A DNA stretch of 64,000 nt from the human T2T-CHM13v2.0 reference genome, Homo sapiens. Location of the stretch: NCBI RefSeq assembly GCF_009914755.1, contig NC_060930.1; one strand, given 5' to 3'. Positions 19,089 to 40,686 of the stretch are shown here, one piece after another. Under the pieces are notes generated by a model. That model was not told the DNA's origin and ran no database searches. It was given only the letters and a program-made list of their open reading frames with translations. Numbering within the stretch: position 1 is the stretch's first letter; the number at the start of each line of letters is the position of its first letter. Both the position numbers and the translations under genes were made by a program.

Positions 19089-22000
19089 AAAAACACATGA
19101 AGGATTTTGAAGCAGGAGAAACATTAGAAACATTAACTTCCACTGTAAGGAAGAATAGTTGGAGGTGGGAGGAGAGCCTAGAAGCAGAGAGACCATGTGA
19201 AATACTTATACAGCCCAAAATTAGCAATGACAATCTAAGTTAGATAGTGGCATTGGGAATGGGCAGGATTAAATTGGAGAGATTGGAAACAAGTTGGGAA
19301 AGCTACATTAAGATTGGCTTTGGTTCTGAGGGAGTCACTAAAATAACCCTGAAATTTCTAGCTTGGTTGACCATAAAGCTTATTCACTGGGAGAAGGAAT
19401 TCATTACCAGCAGGAGGATTAAGAGTTAGAAATGAAAGATAATGAGCCATGCTTTCTTACTTTGGGCAGATTGATACTTCTGTTACACATATACATGGAG
19501 TTACCCCATTTGGTTGCTGGAAACATGAGTCTGGACCCTAGAAGAGAGCAGTACATTCAGATTGAGGAGTCACTTAGCATGTAGGTGATGATATAAAGTG
19601 CTGGGTCAGCTTATGTTTACCTAGGGCAGCAGTTCTTTATTTTGCAGATTTTATTGAGAATCCTGAGAATTCTTTTCCTTCTCTGGAAAAGGAAAGCCTG
19701 TGGCTGAATCCTGAAGAATAAAGCATGGTAGAAGGAAAAACAGCCCAGCATACAAATCAGCATTGTAGGTGGTTGTTACCAGCTGCTTGCTGGTTACATT
19801 AATTTATTCCCTCTTTTTTTGCCCCCCACTCACTAGGCTGAGTTGATATATATGACCCCTCGAATTGAAGAATCCTCCTTTTCTGGAAGTTTGTGTCTGT
19901 GGCAGGGTGGGGAGGTTGGGTTGGGTTGGATTTTTTAGGTGTCCCTTGAATATAACAGGGTAAATTACTTGACGTTTTTGAAAATTTTGGTTTCATCCTT
20001 TATGTGTTACCTATGCATGAGAGTAGCTTCCAAGTTATTTAATTTATTACACTGATTCCATATTGTTTTCAAATTATCATGAAGGATATTGAGGGCAGGA
20101 CAGTATATATCTTCTTGGTATCCTCACTTATTGAACTATTCTATGCACCATTTTGTGTAGGTTGGTAGGAATACTGTTTCTTCATTACCACCAATTTTAT
20201 GATGCACCTTAGAGAGCTAAAGTGCTAATGAGATATTGCATTATTAGTTCTGTTATCTTGGCTGATATATTTTAAAATATTTGGTCCTTTTCTATAGATT
20301 TCAGGAAAGATGAGATTTTTATAGTGAATTGATTGGTGTCTATATTGGTAAATCCTTGACGTTCGACACAGTGAAGATATAATACTGGAAACAACAGCTG
20401 TAATAACTTTACTGCTTAATAAGTGTTTGCCCTATGCCAAGCCCTGACCATGGCATTTTATGTACATTATCTTTTTTATTTCTCAAAATAACTCGGTGAC
20501 ATAGAGCATAATATTTTCTTTTGTGGGGAGTGGGGTGGGAAGGATGAGATGCTCAAAGAGCTATTAAGAAACTTCCTAAAGCCTCCAGACTTTCCCTCCT
20601 GTATCGGGACACTTGAGTATTATTTAATGATGGTAGTCTGAGTAAAATCAGTGCTGCCACATTTAAGTCTTGATTGCCTTTGAAAATAGGGTTATTATAA
20701 TTTGGCACTCTTGGCAGCTAGATTGTAAGATCTAGGTGAAGATTTCAACTTTTCATTACCTGGTATGATTTATGTTAGGCTTTTGGATTAACTATATATT
20801 TGCTGTTGTTACCTCAGTCATTCTTATTTAATTTTTCAAACTAAATGTTACTCCTTTTTACAAATTATGGTCATATTTATGTGAGGTATTGATCTTTATT
20901 GTTCATATGGTTGTCAGACTTGTTTAAAGAGGGTCTTTGTCTAACATGTTTGAGCTAGATGATTACTTATGTTAAGAGTATAAGATGACAATTCTTGGAC
21001 CATGAGACTAGTCCCCATATCTAATGTAATCTGTAGCCTTTAAAAAAATTACCTTGGTTATTATAACAATACTTTTTATTCTTTTAATTATGAAACACTG
21101 TAATTTGGAGGTTTTGTAGGGAGAGGCTGGTAAGAAAACCGGCTTGCCTTTCTCTCTCCCTCCCTCCAGTCTTTCCTTTCATCTATCCATCTTTCTAAAG
21201 CTCATTGCTCTTTGAAAAGCCTAACATTTCTGTAGTTTTATAGATATAAATATAGTTGTCTCATCCCTAGAGCAAGTATAACCAAACTAAGTTAAACTCA
21301 TATAATATGGGACCTCATTGCATTCTTAACAAGATTTGTCACTTTTTAAAAAGCTTTGCAATTTACAAAAGTTATGCAAAAGCTGCTGTGAAAGTGTAAT
21401 TTCTAATGTGGGATGTGGTTAATTATAGGCTGCATGTCCTAGTGCATGACAAATGATAAAGCTTTACATTAAGCTTTTCATTATTAGGATATTTTGTCTT
21501 ATCTAAAAAACTTTAATTACTTCAGTTCCATGAGATCTATTGTGTACCAAAGCTAATCAGCAGTTCTCCTTTGAGCTTTTCAAAGTTTTACTGCTGTCAG
21601 TGCTGTGTGTTTGAAACTGGAAGATTTTCTTCTTTGGGAGTAGATATTAATTTAGTTGTCTTTCAAATGGTATATTTTTAAAGAAAAGAAAAAAATCTTA
21701 AAATATATAGATACATGTTAAAAGATAAAGCGTATAATAATGTTGAAATTTTTGTAGGCTTGTATAGTACCAATTGTTAGTTTTGGGGACAGGGAGAATT
21801 AGGGGTGCTGTACTGAGTGCTTTATAACTGTAGGCATGGGGAAGATTCTGGGATAGTTTGATATTGTTTACTAAGTAATTCCCAAATTAAAACTTGAACT
21901 GTTATTATAATAATGTATTTCTTATCTGACTCCCTGAAAATATTATTGTTCTGTTTCTAATTTTTTGGGTTGTATTATTGATCTATGTCAGTATAACTAA

Positions 22001-22756
22001 GTCCTTATATCTCAAATGACTTCTGGAGACTGTAAAATGAAGATAAATAGTTCCTGATCTCCAGATTCATTGGTTCTTTTGTTGTCGTTTCTCATTTACT
22101 CATCTGTTTAAACTTGATGGTATGCAAGCCATCTTAGCCCTCAGTACAGTAATTCTGTTTCCTCTTGCTACCATGGACCCTATCTTTTAAGTGATTTGCC
22201 TATCAGAATACCTTTGTTAATAATAAGAGCTAAAACTTAAATAACACTATGTACCATCTACTATTTTAGTTGTTTAGATACTATTGGCTTATTTAATTCT
22301 TATAATAATCCTATGAGATGATACTGGTATTATCCCCATTTTAAAGGTGATGAAACCGAGGCACCAAAGTATATAAAAATAAAACTAAATTCATACGTTA
22401 AATTCTTACTGTTAGATACTATACTAAGTGCTTTATGTATATCTTAATCTTCAAACTCTTGTCAACCTTGTGAGGTGAGTATTACTATCTTTTTTACATA
22501 TCTAGGTATAGGTTCAATAGATCAGCTAACCTAAAGGTCACAATAACTGCCGGTGTAATAATAAGTGCCTACCTGTACTGGAAATGAGGCTGTACATTGG
22601 AGACTATCTTCTTTGAGAATGTCAACATATAATGCAAAACTATGGTAAAAATTTCCTTCGAAAATCTTTAGATTGTTTATGATGACAGTTTACAGACACA
22701 TGTCCCCCTAATAATCCATTTGGCTGTTCTTTGCCCTCTAGTACTGAATAGAATTC

Positions 22757-22970
22757 AGGAATCAGTAACTACAGGCCCATGAGCTAGCTGCCTGTTTTTG
22801 TAAATAAGGTTTTATTAGAACCCAGCCATGTACATTCATTTATGAATGTTCTGTGGTCGCTTTGGAGAGCTATGAAGGGACAGTTGAGTGATTGAAACAT
22901 AGACCAACTGTCCCACAAAGCCTAAAACATTTACTTTCTGGGCCTTTAAGGAAAAGTTTGCCAACCCCTG
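22757..22970. mobile_element. MER58A-like hAT-Charlie MITE
   Basis: gcctgtttttgtaaataaggttttattagaac...gaaaagtttgccaacccctg. Confidence 0.75.
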
Positions 22971-23596
22971 GGATAAATAACTGTTTCTTTAGGTGAACTA
23001 ACAGTACAGAATTGGCTTGCATTTGGGACCTTGTACAAAAATATACAAGGACTGTGTGAGACATTCTTGCAGTAGGAGGCACATAGGAACTGAGAGCAAC
23101 CAAAGATATAGCATGTTTTCCAAACTAGATTTCTTCCTTGGGTGACTCCATGGAATTTAAAAATTCACTTTGTAGTGTACTTGGATTGCCTTTTAAAAAG
23201 TATAAAAAGTGATCTTATGTTAATAATTAGGAAGGTTCTAGTAAGTTCTTCTACCCTAATGCTTTATTTTTATATCTTTGAAAAACACTATGTACCAAAC
23301 ATACCAACTTTGGCTTCTTATAATTTTTTAAAAATGTATACTTCTTAGAGATAAGTTCTGAAAGGATTTCTTATTGTAAACAGAAGTGAGACTCTCAACT
23401 GCATTTGAATTATTTATATAAAATACATTAAATATAAATTAAGATTTCACAGATACATGTTATTTTGGAAAATTCACAGCAACATACAGATAATAATACC
23501 AGATGTTAGTATTGTATTCAACTCCAGAAGATTGTATACTTAACATAGTTAACTTTCGCAAACTCAGTATTTGTAAAACCATCGTAGTATTCTACA

Positions 23597-23646
23597 TAGG
23601 AATACCTTGTTTTATTGCATGTTGCTTTATTTGCACTGTACAGATA

Positions 23647-23681
<35 letters not shown>

Positions 23682-25352
23682 GAATTGAATGTTGTGGCAA
23701 CCCTATGCAAAGCAAGTCTGTTGGAGCCATATTTTCCAACAACACATGTTTACTTTGGGTCTCCATGTCACACTTTGGTAGTTCTTGGAATATTTCAAAC
23801 TTTTTTATTAGTAGTATATCTTTATGGTGATCTGTCATCAGTGATCTTTAATGCTACTGTTGTAATTGTTTCAGGGCACTGGGAACTGCACCAGTATAAG
23901 GTGGCAAATGTTATAACAAAATTATAACATAAATGCATGTTTTTAATTAATTTATAAAAGTTTGCATTCTGACTACACTGATCAGCTTTTCCCTTTCTTT
24001 TCCTCTGCACTCCGTATTCTGTGATACAACATTAACACCTACAGTAGCTTCTAAGTGTTCTAGTAAAAGAAAGAGTCTCACCTTGCTCATTTTAAATCAA
24101 AAAGCTATAATAGAAAGGATTAAGCTAGTGAGGAAGGCATGTGGAAAGAAAAATAGGCTGAAAGCTAGGTCTATTGCACCAAATAGTCAAGTTGTGAATG
24201 CAAAGGAAAAATTCTTGAAGGAAATTAAAAAGTGCTACTCTAGTAAACACATGAATAATAAAAAAGCAAAACAGCCTTTTTGCTGATATGGAGAAAGTTG
24301 GAGTGGTTTGGATAGAAGTTCAAACCAGCCACAACATTTCCTTAAGCCAAAGCCTAATCCTTAACAAAGCTTTAACTCTTCAGTTCTGTGAAGGCTGAGA
24401 GTGATGAGGAAGCCTCAGATGAAAAGTTTGAAGCTAGCATAGGTTGAGTCATGAGTTTGTGTTTTTGTTTTGTCTGTTGTTTTGACAGGTTCTCACTGTG
24501 TCACCCAGGCTGGAATGCAGTGGGGCAGTCAACTCACTGCAGCCTCTGTGTCCTGGGCTCAAGCGATCGTTCTGCCTCAGCCTCCTGAGTAGCTGGAACT
24601 ACACATGCACACTACCATGCCCAGCTAATTTTTTTTTTTTTTTGTAAAGATGGGCTTGCTATATTGCCCAGGCTGTTCTTCGACTCCCAGGCTTAAGTAA
24701 TCCTCCTGCCTTACCCTCTCAAAGTGCTAGAATTACACATATGAGCCACTGTTCCCAGCCTGGTTCATGAAGTTTAAGAAAAGAAGCCATCTGCAGAACA
24801 TAAAAATCAAGATGAAAGAGCAAGTTATCCAGAAGATGTAACTAAGATAATTGATGAAGGTGACTACACTAAACAACACATTTTCAGTGGAGACTAAACA
24901 GCCTTCTGTTGGAAGAAGATGCCATTGAGGACGTTCATACTGGAGAAGTGAAGTCAATGCCTGGCTTCAACGCTTCAAGACAGGCTGACTTTCTTGTTAG
25001 GAAAATGCAGCTGGTGACTTTAAGTTGAAGCTAATGTTTATTTACTATTTTGAAAATCCTACGGCCCTTAAGAATTAAGCTACATCTATTCTGCCTGTGC
25101 TCTCTAAGTGGAACAACAGAGCCTGGGTGACAGCACATCTGTTTACAGCATGGTTTACTGAATACATTAAGTCCACCGTTGAGACCTGCTGCTCAGAAAG
25201 AAATAATTTTTTTCAAAGTATTACTGTTCATTGACAATGCTCCTAGTAACCCAAGAGCTCTGATGGAGATACACAAACATGTTGTTTCATGCCTGTCAAT
25301 ACAACATCTGTTCTGCAGCCCATGGATAAAGGAGTAGTTTTACTTTCAAGTG
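23597..25352 (+). mobile_element. Tigger1 DNA transposon fragment, interrupted by an AluJ
   Basis: Tigger1 5' end and degenerate transposase (VVNAKEKFLKEIK in ORF 24083-24286). Confidence 0.85.
24481..24762 (-). mobile_element. AluJ
   Basis: Antisense dimeric Alu with J-type features. Confidence 0.9.
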
Positions 25353-25648
25353 TTTTTTCTTTTTTTTTGACAGGGTCTCACTCCATTGCCCAGGCTGGAA
25401 TGCAGTGGTGCGATCATAGTTCACTGCACCCCTGACTTTCCAGGCTCAGGTGATCCTTCCACCTCAGCGTCCTGAGTATTTGGGACTACAGGCACACCAC
25501 TACCACACCCAGCTGATTTTTGTATTTTTTTGTAGAGATGGAATTTTGCCATGTTGCCAGGCTGGTCTTGAGCTCCTCGGCTCAAGCGATCAGCCCACCT
25601 GGGCCTCCCAAAGTGCTGGGATTACAGGCAAGAGCCATTTTGCCCAGC
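25353..25648 (-). mobile_element. AluJ
   Basis: Antisense dimeric Alu with J-type features. Confidence 0.9.
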
Positions 25649-25783
25649 CAGAAAACTTGTCTTTATAAACAGTGTCCAATTATTCCTCTTAATAAATGGA
25701 ATGTTTAGATTTTATGTCCAGCTTGCGTCCCTGGCCCACTGTGAGTGCTTTCATAATGCCCCAATTCTTTTCATATCCACCAT

Positions 25784-26271
25784 ATAGAGCCTCACTTAAT
25801 GTCTTTGATAGGTTCTTAGAAACCACGACTTTAAGCAAAATGACATATAATGAAACCGGTTTTACCCTAGGCTAGTTGATGTAAACAAAAGTTAAGTTCC
25901 TATGGCATATTTCTGGTCACAAATATATGACATTTCTAAATAAAGACCCATAACATGTCTAATACCAAAGTTTGAAATAAATGTGAGTTATATACATACA
26001 TTTAAGGAAGACTAGTAAAAACAAGTGAGATAATTATTTACCCAATTTTTAGTGAATCTATGAGTGATAGTCATAGTGGTGGTGGGTCAAATCAAGGAAT
26101 AAATGTTTGTAAAGCAAAAATTGTATTGAGCACCTCCTACCATAATGAACTTGAAAAACAACAAATATGATGGGCTTCCTGAGGACTTTCTTACCACATC
26201 GTTTATTTATTGTGCATTTGTATGATTGTATACTTGACAAATTTTTATTTTACAATTTGTATTCACTTTTC
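25784..26271 (+). mobile_element. MER6-like Tigger element, left part (split by L1)
   Basis: cctcacttaatgtctttgataggttcttagaaacc...; sequence resumes at 32459. Confidence 0.7.
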
Positions 26272-32446
<6,175 letters not shown>

Positions 32447-32458
32447 AAATAACTATTC

Positions 32459-32797
32459 ATTCACTTTTCAACCTGCTTACTCCAGGTTAGGGTTGCTGGT
32501 GGCTGGAGCTGTCCCGTCTGCCCAGGGCACAAGGTGGGAACCATCCTGGGACAGGACACTGTTCTATTGCAGGGTGCACTTACATACACCCACACTCACT
32601 CATACTGGGCCATTTAGACATGTGAAATAACCTGATGTGCATATCTTGGGGATATGAGATGAAGCTTGAGTACCCATAGAAAACCCAAGTAGGTAGGGGA
32701 AAATTTGGAAAGTCTACACAGACAGTGGCTCGGGTAGAAATAAATTTTTTGTTTCATCAGTGTCGTAAGAAAACAACATTATTCTGGGACGTGTTGT
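32459..32797 (+). mobile_element. MER6-like element, right part
   Basis: caacctgcttactccagg...cacacccacactcactca...ttattctgggacgtgttg continues the left part. Confidence 0.7.
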
Positions 32798-33898
32798 GTG
32801 GTCTGTCATCCCTTTCTATTACCTGTTGCCTCAACTGTCATTTTAAAAGGCTTTTTAAAAAATTTTTATGAATGGTTATTGACTGAAACTGTATTGTATT
32901 ACCGCCCAGGTAACTTTTCTTTTGACTAGAATGATCCCCTTAACTTGGGGGATCCACAGAGATATTATATTTCAGTGTAATTGGGTTTTTTTCTGTAATT
33001 ATGTGTGTTTTATGCATTGAAAATAATTATAAGAAAGGAGTCTTCAGGCTTTACCTGAGTACCAGAGGAGCTCATGTCACTAAAGAGGTTAAGAACCCCT
33101 TTAAGAATTTCCATTTCAGTGGAATATGATGAGTGGTAAGAGAAGTTATTGATGTCACGTAACTCTAAACACTCAATCCCAGTATAAATTACTCACTCTA
33201 TTAACAGGTAAGATGAGTCCAGACAACTTCAAGAATTTAAAGAAGACTAACGTTGGCTTTATCATCTTGACTTTTCCATTTCTCAACTTTGCAAGGATAA
33301 AATTGGCCACTGTTCTTCTAATACATGTGGAATCCTATATGATGTGCCCAGGGACAGCATATATAGTGGAAAAGAACATAGATGTTGGAATCACAAGTGC
33401 TTAATCTTTCCAAGTTGCTGTTTCTTCATCTATGATATGGAACTAATAATGTGCACATTCGTGGGGTGTGGGAGGAATTAAAGGACCCAAAGTATGTACA
33501 GCATATATAGTATAGGATGTCTGGCTCAGTGTGGGTACTTGCATAGATGTTAATTTCTTATACCAAAAACCCCAAATGAACCTGAATTGAATTTAAAGTG
33601 TGGTGATGCATTGATAGTGGTGGTGGTGATGTAGGAATTAAGAATTGTCATTTACTTTTCTTTCTAGAATTAGTTTGGATGAGTTTTGTTCAGTGAGAAA
33701 ATTTCCTGAAAGAGGTAGACTTCTTTAAGAGAAAGAAAAGTAGTTTACAGAATGTAGTTGCAGAAATAATGTGAAAGAGAGCACAGATTGAGGAGTAGGA
33801 AAATTAAATTTAGAGTCCCAACTTTGTGGAGTGGCGTGAATAAAGGGAAGTGTACATATCACTGAATTCATGCTTTTCCTTAAGTTATCTGTTTTCAG

Positions 33899-33974
33899 AG
33901 CAGTGGAATTTTTCATCAGAGATAAATATGAAAAGAAGAAATACTACGATAAAAATGCCATAGCTATTACAAAT
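33899..33974 (+). CDS. SMAP1: SMAP1 coding exon (exon 4), 76 nt
   Basis: ttttcag|A GCA GTG...; completes Q (CA|A), then AVEFFIRDKYEKKKYYDKNAIAITN; donor gtaagt; frame continues from the previous exon. Confidence 0.97.
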
Positions 33975-34465
33975 GTAAGTAAAACCTTCATCTCTCATCA
34001 ATTGTTTGTTGACTAGATTTCAAACTTTTAACATGCAATACAGCTTAATTTATTTATTGTGAAAACATACTAGTTGTATATATTTACATTTGAATATTGG
34101 AACTTTTTTGGTTATATAATGTTGAGCTCTTGCAGAGCAGAAGTCTTGATTTAGAAAGGAGCATATTCTAAATCTAATAACCACTTACATGGCATTTAAT
34201 TAAGTTAATTTTTGAAATTTGCAAAAAAGCTAGAACCACTAATTGAAAATGGTGGGAGAGAAATTTTTTCCCCTAGATTCTAGAAATGTATGAAAAAGAA
34301 AAAAGGCAAATATATGTCTTCCTCTAAGGGCTTTCTTTGGTTGGTCCATTGAGAAATGAAACCAGTAGCCCAGGAATATATTAAAAGATGGCATTTACAT
34401 TTGTTATTAGCAAGCATTTTGATACTCCTAATAGTTAAGTCTTTACAGTAGTAATCAAATACCAT

Positions 34466-34805
34466 CAGGTACCCATAACAAGGTTTCAGTCAATGACAGA
34501 CTGTATATACAACGTTGGTCCTATAAGTTTATAATCCCTTATTTTTACTGTACTCTATGTTTAGATATATCTGCATACACAGATACTTACCATTGTGTTA
34601 GAATTGCCTACAGTATTCACTATAGTAACATGCAGTACAGGTTTGTAGCCTGGGAGTAATAGATGTTACCATATTACCTAAGTATGTAGTAGGTTGTACC
34701 ATCTAGGTTTGTATGAGCACACTCGATTATGTTTGCACGATGATGCTGTCATGTAATGATATGTTTCTCAGAATGTATCCCAATTGTTAAATGACACAGG
34801 ACTGT
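34466..34805. mobile_element. Tigger3/MER7-like MITE
   Basis: cataacaaggtttcagtcaatgacagactg...aaatgacacaggactg. Confidence 0.7.
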
Positions 34806-35093
34806 TATGTTTTATCAGCTGTTTCTTTTTAGTTTTTTAAAAATTTTCTCATCCAAGTTAATTATATTCTAAGGCTAATTGCCTTTATTGTTGAAATCAT
34901 TTTTGGACTTTGATTCCTAGATTGATAAGCTATAAACCAGTTAATCTTTTGGTGAAGTCATCTGTCAAGCAATTTAGATACTATGGAAATAGATTCATCT
35001 CATTTTTCATACAAACTGGTTTCCTATTTGGCCCATATGGAGAAGCAATATATTAAAAATTCAGTAAAATCCTAATAAAGTTAGGATATTTTA

Positions 35094-35575
<482 letters not shown>

Positions 35576-36696
35576 TAAGTTTTCAAGTATCATTAGTGTG
35601 TATTTTAGAGCAAAGATATCCTTGTGTGTAGCATTGGAGCTGCATTTACAGTGGATGTGAGGAAATCTGTTGAAGGGTTGATTAAAAATTGACAGTATTG
35701 AGAATATTTATGTCTATAAAATTAAGGCCGCTGTAAGCATTGATGGGGGAAAGGACTAACTTAAAAGTGTAATGTATTTTCATATGAAATGTTAAGAAAT
35801 CATTTTAGTTTATTTTAGGGAACATACTGTTTCATATTAAACACTTTTAAAATATAATTTAAAAAATTATATTTGTATTATGTTTCTTTTCTTAGCAATA
35901 ATTAGGAAATTATTTTTACATAGTAATGTGTAAGATGGTTTTATTTTGGGATGGTAGCTGTTACTGAGTTGGGTTTTTTCCCCCCTTCAAGGTGTAATAA
36001 TGGTATGCTTAGTTGTAAAAATTCCTTCATTTATAAGATACGTGGTAGAATAAAATACTTGGAGATTAAATGTTATGATACCTAACACTTTCAAGTGGTT
36101 TGGTGAAACCTAGCAGCTTTGTGTGTTTGTGTCTGTAGAGAGAGAACAAATATGGCTAATGTTAGTATTTGACTAATATTAATGATGTTTGTAGAGGTAT
36201 TCACTCTACAGTTCCTTCCTTTTTTTATGTAGGCTTGAGAGTAAAAATTTTAAGGTAAAAGTCTGTTTACTTCAGTATATACTCCTGAGTTTATAGTACT
36301 ATTGAAATAAAAATGCAGAAAGATTTACAAAAGTCACAATAAACCCAAGGGAAAATGTATTCCACCTATTCCAATATAAGCAAAATAATAATAAATAAGT
36401 TTATATTGTAGCAGATTTAAAGGATTTTTTCCTCTTTCATGGTGATCAGTGAGCAAGTAACTAATCTTATGTATTACTGAGAATTACATATTTCTGTTCA
36501 GTGTTTCATCTTCAGTAATAGATTGAGCACTCATCCAAATAAATTTGGATCACTTACTATGCTCACAATCTCCTAGGATACTAAAACAAAGAGGACATGA
36601 CTGTTAGAGACATTTATCACAGTGGAGACAGGAACAGATTTAAAAAAATATAAGTACCTTATATCTAAGGTATTCCAGGAGTACTAGAGTACTTAA

Positions 36697-37027
<331 letters not shown>

Positions 37028-37761
37028 GACATTTATCATTTCTTTGTGTTGGGAACATTCAGTATCATATAGCTTTTTGAAAATATACACTAAATTATTG
37101 TTAGCCGTACTTACCCTATAATACTACAGAACACTAAATCGTACTCCTCCTATCTAGCTGTACTGTCACATCTGTTAAAAATTTCTCCCCATCCTTTCCT
37201 CTCCCTTACCCTTTAATGTCCATAGTTCTTCCCTCTACTTCCATGAGTTCAGTTTTTCTTAGCTCACACAGAAGAATGAGAACACGTGGCATTTATCCTT
37301 CTGTGCCTGACTTATTTTACTTAGCATAATGGCCCCCAGGATTATCCATGTTGCTGTGAATGGTAGGATTTCATTCTTTTTATGGCTGAATAGTATTCCA
37401 TTGTGTATATATATCACACTTTAAAAATCTGTTCATCTATTGATGGAAATTTAGGTTAATTCTGTATCTTGGCTATTGTGAATAGAGCTGCAGTAAACAT
37501 GGGGGTTCAGGTATCTCTTTGATATGCTAATTTCCTTTTCTTTAGATAAATGCCCTGTAGTGGGATTGCTGGCTTATATGGTAATTCTGTTTTTAATTTT
37601 TTGAGAAACCTCCATATTATCCATAGTGGCTGTACTAATTTACATTCCCACCAACAGTATCTAAGAGTTTTGTTTTCTCTGTATCCTCTCTGGTATCTAT
37701 CATCTTTTTGATAATAAACCATTCTAACTGTGGTAAGATATCTTATTGTGGTTTTGATTTG

Positions 37762-37900
37762 CTGCGCCCACTGTCTGGCACTCCCTAGTGAGATGAACCC
37801 TGTACCTCAGATGGAAATGCAGAAATCACCCGTCTTCTGCATCGTTCACGCTGGGAGCTGTAGACCGGAGCTGTTCCTATTCGGCCATCTTGGCTCCTCC
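37762..37900 (-). mobile_element. Isolated L1PA 5'-terminal fragment (~139 bp)
   Basis: Reverse complement is GGAGGAGCCAAGATGGCCG...GTGGGCGCAG, inserted within gttttgatttgc/atttctctg of the old L1. Confidence 0.92.
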
Positions 37901-38305
37901 TGCATTTCTCTGATGATTATTGATTTGACCTTTTTTATGTACTTGTTGGCCATTTTTGTGTCTTTTGAGAAATGTCTATTCAGATCTTTTGCTTATTTTT
38001 TTATTATTATTTTTTGCTGTCGAGTTGTTCGAGTTCCTTGTATATTATGGATGCTAGTTTCTTGTCAAATGAGTAGGTTGTTAATATTTTCTCTTATTTT
38101 ACAGATTGTCTCTTCACTCTGTTAATTGTCTCCTTTGCCATGCAGAAGCTTTTTAGTTTGATGTAGTCCCATTTTTCTATTTTTGGTTTTGTTGCCTGTG
38201 CTTTTGAAGTTTTATTCATAAGATCTTTGCCTAGACCAGTGTTTCCTATGTTTTCTTCTACAAATTTTATAGTTTTGGGTCTCCTATTTAAGTCTTCATT
38301 ATTAA

Positions 38306-38607
<302 letters not shown>

Positions 38608-40299
38608 TAATCTATTTTTAATAATTTTTAATTTTTGTGGGTGTATAGTAGGTGTATATATTTATAGGAGACATGAGATGTTTTAATACAGGCATGGAAT
38701 GTGTAAAAATCACATAATGTAAAATGGGATATCTACCCCCTCAAGTGTTATCCTTTGTGTTACAAACACAAAGGATATTATGTTGAATATTATGTTGAAT
38801 AAGATTGGTGAAAGTGGGTATCCTTGTCTTTTTTCTGTTCTTAGAAGAGAAGTTTTCAGCTTTTCCCCATTCATTATGATGTTAGCTGTGGGTTTGTCAT
38901 ATATGACCTTTATTATGTTGAGGTATGTTCCTTTATGCCTAATTTGTTGAGAATGTTTATCATGAAGAGATGTTGAATTTTATGAAATTCTTTTTCTGTA
39001 TCTGTTGAAAAGATGATAAAGTTTTTGTCTTTCATTCTGTTGATGTGATGTATCACATTTATTGATTTGTATATGTTAAACCATTTATGCATGCTTGGGA
39101 TAAATCCCAGTTGATCATGAGCAGATTGGGCATGTGCAATGGATGTCATAGGACCCAGATGAGTTAACCCTCAAGCCCCTGGTTGGGTCATGTGGGCGGT
39201 GGTGGCTGTGGCTATGTGGGAGGGTTCTTGGGTCCCCAGGTGGAGGATGCTAACAACAGTGTCAGTCTGAGTACGTCGGTTGTCAGGCCCCTGGGCAGTC
39301 CATGCTGGTGTTGGTGGCAGCAGCTCTGAGTAGGCCTGTTCTCAGGCATCCAGGAGGACTTTCCAGATATATATGGTGGCCATGGGGTACCTCTAACCAA
39401 GCCCTTCCTTGGGTCTCTGGGCTGGGTGTGTGGGCACTGACAGTGATAGGGACAAGCCATTCCTCAGTCCTGTCCACTGCACAGGCAGTGTGTGTGGATG
39501 GTGGCCAACCGGGCCAGTCACTTCTCAGGTCCCTGGGCAGCATGTGCAGGCATTTGCATTGGTGTCCCAGGCAATGTATGTGGATACACAATGGCTCTGC
39601 TCTTGGAATGGGCAGGGTCACTGTCTGTGGTGGCAGCCCCAGGCAGGCGGTTCTCAGGTCTGGAGAGCACATGCTTCAGCTCCTTATATCCTGGAGCAGA
39701 CTCCCTGATGTGCAAGACTGCCTCTTCTCCAGGGTGTAGGCTTCTGCAGGACTCAGGTGCCAGGGACTTGGCTGCACTGCCGAGTCTAGCTGGTGTTCTG
39801 ATGCTGAGACCTTCCGGGAAGATGTCAAGTGATGTTGGGAGGGAGATCCCACAGATGTCAAGATGCTGGGATTATTGGGCTTCAGGGCTGGATGTAGTCT
39901 AGTGTTGGCGGTACTGTCAAAATGGCACTGTGCAGCAGCAGCTTGGTCCCAGTGGGTGGGTGAGATCCAGTATGAATTCTCTCTGAGATAGTTTAGTTGC
40001 GTGGACTCCAGGCAGCTCCTTATACTAGACTCAGGGCCTGTGAGGGCTGAAGGACTCTTCTGTAGCTAAGATTGCAGGGGCTGTGGTGGGAATGTGGACT
40101 GTTAAGGATTTTTGCTTACCTTGCCACCATGATGGGGAGTCCTTCCTGGCTTCTAGCCTATCTTGGCTAGCTGCATGGCTTCCCTCTTGATGCTGCCATT
40201 TCGAGTTTCCCTGCCTCTGAGCTTCCTTGTCACTTACTTACTGATTCCTACTGTTCTCCCCTAGTGCTCTATTCAATGTGTTGAATAGAGCATGTTGAA

Positions 40300-40686
40300 T
40301 AGAACTGCCCTTGTGAGGGATCCAGGTTGTGTGCTCCATTTGAGAATGTTTTGCGTGATGATCTGAGGTGGAGCTGAAGCAGTGATGCTAGTGCTGGGGA
40401 GTGGCTACAAACACAGATCAACATTGGCAGAGAGGTTTGACTGCACAGAGACCATAGTAAATCAGTTGCTTGCAGACTCATATCAAAACCCTGTCATTGA
40501 GTAGTAGGTGACAATTAAGCTGCATCTGGTGGCAGGCTTTATAGTGGCAAGTGAGTTGATGTACTTCAACTGTACGGCTGCATCTGGTGGCAGGCTTTAA
40601 GTCAGAATCTGACATTTGCTTTAGCCCACATATGGCCCGCTCATTATTTGATTTACCACAGTCCTGCCCACAATCTCAGGGTTGGT
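40300..40686. mobile_element. MER1A-like hAT-Charlie
   Basis: tgagggatccaggttgtgtgctcc...gatgatctgaggtggagctg; internal gctgcatctggtggcaggcttta repeats. Confidence 0.7.

Noticed and set aside
39212-39902. Cluster of overlapping ORFs as a novel gene
   Set aside because: GC-richer old L1 5'UTR-like sequence; ORFs on both strands with no recognisable protein or splice structure.
40519-40599. 23-bp direct repeats with a spacer (CRISPR-like)
   Set aside because: Only two copies, internal to a MER1A-like element in primate DNA.
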